A stretch of 64,000 nucleotides of DNA from Mobula hypostoma. Taxonomy: Eukaryota. The stretch covers positions 251,412,001 through 251,476,000 of the forward strand of contig NC_086097.1 of the NCBI RefSeq assembly GCF_963921235.1, given 5' to 3'. A model generated the notes under the pieces. It was not told the origin of the DNA, ran no database searches, and worked only from the letters and a program-made list of their open reading frames with translations. The position numbers and the translations under genes are program-made. Of the stretch, positions 60,845 through 64,000 are shown in pieces (position 1 is the first letter of the stretch; every line of letters starts with the position of its first letter).

Positions 60845-63149
60845 GGATTTACTGCGAATGGACGGAACCAATTCCTTTTATATTTATTTATTATTTATCT
60901 ATGCTTAAATTTCATAATTAGACGTTTTAATCCACGCAAAACGTTGCATTCGAAAATCAGATTTATTATCTCTCTCTCTGATTTGAAATGTGTTGTTTAG
61001 CGACGGCAGTAAAATGCAAAGACATAAAATTGCCACAAACTACAAAATAAATTGCGCAAAAAAAAAGGAAATAACAATTAGTGTTCATGGTCCGTTCACA
61101 AATCTGATGGCAGATATTAGAAGCTGTTCCAGATGGTAGTAATAAAAGGAGTCAAAAATCTTTTCACTGCCTTATTTTGACGTGAAATTTGTTGTTTTGC
61201 GAAACGTAATTTTACAAACAATAGTGCAAAATAAGGAATTAAGATGGTATTCATGTTCAGAATTCAAATTCTGTTGGGAAAGAATTATTTCTGAGTCACT
61301 GAGTGTGGGTCTTAAGGCCCCGATTCAGTAATACATGAAGTCAAAACACACGCAAAATGCTGGAGGAACTCAGCAGGCCAGGCAACGTGTATGAAAAAAG
61401 TACAGTCGACGTTTTGGGCCGAGATCCTTCAGCAAGACTGTCGAATTTTCACTGACTTACTATAAGGTGTGAAATTTGTTGTTTTGCTGTAGCAGTTAAG
61501 TGCAAAGATAAAAAGTTACTATCATTTATAAAATAAGTAAATAGTGCCTACAAAAAAGATAACGAGTTAGCGTTCATTGGTTGAGTTCATTCATGAGTCA
61601 GAAGTGTAACTTCACAGTAAGCAGATAGCAAGTCAAAGTTTATTTTTCTTCATTGTTCCCGTAATTGGCCTACGTGTCTCACAAATAGCTCAAAATGAAA
61701 GTAGGAATTGATAGTTGTCAATAAAATAATCTACCCAGATAAACAAGTGAGGAGTTGTTAGTCATAAAAAGCATTTTCGGTTCCTGTCAGTTTTTCGAAT
61801 GAGCTATAACCTTTGAAACCTCGTTAACCAAATCAATCTACCACAGACAAAATAGAAATACTATTGTAATCCTGTCACCCACCACATTGTTCAGTTGGGT
61901 TTAATATCACTGGCATATGTTAGGAAACGTTGTTTTGCAGCAGCAGTACAGTGCAATACATAATGGGAAAAAAACTATAAATTACAATGAGAAAGAGTAA
62001 TTAAATTAAATAACTAGTGCAAAAAGGTGAGGTAGTGTACATGGATTTATTGGCCACTTGGAAATGTGTAGGTGGAGGGGAAGAAGCTGTTGTTAATTTT
62101 TGAATGTGGGTCTTCATGTTCCTATACCTTCTCTGTGATGGTAGTACTGAGAAGATGCCTTTAATAAACACAAGAGATTCTGCAGATGCTGGAAATCTAG
62201 AGCAACACACAAAATGCTGAAGTACACAGCAGGCTCGGCAGCATCAATGGAGGGGAGTCGATGTTTCAGGGCTGGGACCCTTCAGCTGATCCAGATGCCT
62301 TTAATATCCTTTTGAGAAATCAATTTAATATCCAGATGCCTTTAATATCCATTTGAGAAATCAAATGAGCTTGCTTTTATTATTTCTCCACCTCAGATAT
62401 TCCTTAAGTGTCAGGCTGGATTTTTGATCTTAGCCCTTCAGAGTACAGCTTGAAAGCACAGCCTTCTGCCTCAGAAGCATAATTCGAGTTTCAAGATTGC
62501 TTATTATCATTTCCAGTAAAGGGGAACAAAATAGTTGCTACTCCAGATCTGATGCAGCGCAAAAAACAATAAAATAAAGAATACAAGAATTATTATAAAA
62601 TACAATAAATATAAATACAAAAAAAACTTATATACATAGATTAATTGTATGGTCATAAAAGAATGCTAGGCACAGGAGTGTCTGTACATAAAGTGACTCC
62701 GACAGGAAGTGGTGGTTGAGGGTGTGGAGGGGTGGGTTAGTGGGTGGAGGTGTCGATCAGCCTTACTGCTTGGGGATAGTAACTGTTTTTGAGTCTGGTG
62801 GTCCTGGTGTGGATGCTACGTAGCCTCCTCCCTGATGGGAGTGGGTCAGACGGTCCATGAGCAGGGTGGGAGGGATACTTCATCATGTTACTGGCCCTTT
62901 TCTAGCACCTTTCTCTATATACGGCCTCTTTGGTGGGTAGGCTGCTGTCAGTGATGCATTGGATGGACAGTTTTGACAACCTGTTGCAGAGCCTTCCTGT
63001 TCACCACAGTGCAGTTTCTGTACCATGCAGTGAAACAGCATGTGAGGATGCTCTCTACTGCGCGTCTGTAGAATGATGTGAGTATAGATGTGCATAGTCC
63101 GATGTTTTCATGACAGGAAATATGTCTTTTCATAGAAAATGAACAATGG

Positions 63150-64000
63150 GGAAAGAAGCTTCCGGAATGAAAGTGTTACTGTGTGAGGACCAATTGATGG
63201 CTCTGGGCCTCGTGGAATTCAGAAAAGTGAATGGGAATCTCATTTAAAACCTATTGAATATTGAAAGGCTTTTATACAGTGGAAGTGGAGAAGATGTTTC
63301 CAATAGTGGGGGAGTCTAAGACCAGAGGTTACAGCCTCAGAACAGAGGGCCGTCCACTTAGAGTGTAGATAAGGAGAACTTTCTTCAGCTAGAGTGTGGT
63401 GAAACTGTGGAACCCACTGCCACAGGCTGCCGTGGAGACTGAGTCATTGGGTATATTTAAGGCTGAGGTTGGTAGATTCTTGATTGGTCAGGGCTTGAAG
63501 GATATGGGGAGAAGGCAGGAGATTGGGGCTGAGAGGGAAATTTGATCAGCCATGATGAAATGGCAGAGCAGACACAATGTCCTAATTCTGCTCCTCTGTC
63601 TTACAGTCTTATGGTCTAAGCGTGGTGTGAACCCCAGGATCCTGAAAGAGTGTGTTGAACAGTTGTGTGGAGTTCTCCACCACATCTTCAGTCTGAGACT
63701 CAGCCAGGAAAGGGTCCTGACTGTGTGGAAAACATCCTGTGCCATCCCAATTCTGAAAGTCTTGAATGGCTACCGTCCAGTGGCCCTCCTGGTCCGATCA
63801 GCACTCGCTCCCCTGCAGTTTGCCTACCAGGAGCACATTGGAGTCGACGATGCTGTCATCTACCTGCTGAACAGAGCCTACTCCCATTTCGATAAGCAGG
63901 GCAGCACTGTGAGGATCATGGTGTTTGATTTCTCAAGTGCCTTCAACACCATGCAGCCCTCATTGCTGGGGTAAAAGCTCCATTCAATGCAGGCTGGCAC
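63150..64000 (+). mobile_element. CR1 3' remnant followed by Rex1/Babar RT fragment running off the window
   Basis: PLQFAYQEHIGVDDAVIYLL..VRIMVFDFSSAFNT peptide. Confidence 0.8.

Larger units (their letters stand above)
59600..60850. promoter_or_regulatory. CpG island covering FRAT gene body and promoter
   Basis: Very GC- and CpG-rich compared with the CpG-depleted remainder of the window. Confidence 0.9.

Overview
Vertebrate nuclear DNA, most likely a cartilaginous fish (batoid/ray-type CR1, Rex1/Babar, Penelope and V-SINE repertoire; this taxon call is an inference from the repeat families). About 57 kb is densely nested retrotransposon debris: CR1, Rex1/Babar, Penelope-like (PLE), L2, RTE-derived non-autonomous elements, tRNA-derived SINEs, two Tc1 fragments, a small Gypsy-type LTR derivative and a tRNA-Ala(AGC) pseudogene. 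The only host gene recognised is an intronless FRAT/GBP (GSK-3-binding protein) gene on the minus strand (59678-60172) inside a CpG island. Highlights: (1) minimal, dimer-type hammerhead ribozyme motifs in PLE ends, including a 228-bp foldback mini-element with a 14-bp TSD whose loop is the ribozyme core; (2) an immediate-early-type FRAT promoter (perfect CArG box flanked by ETS sites, two palindromic CREs, CCAAT, GC box, TATA, TCF site) with a uORF whose stop overlaps an in-frame start (TGATG); (3) young RTE-derived non-autonomous elements and several unusual CR1 rearrangements. Repeat boundaries are by-eye estimates and no database search was run.
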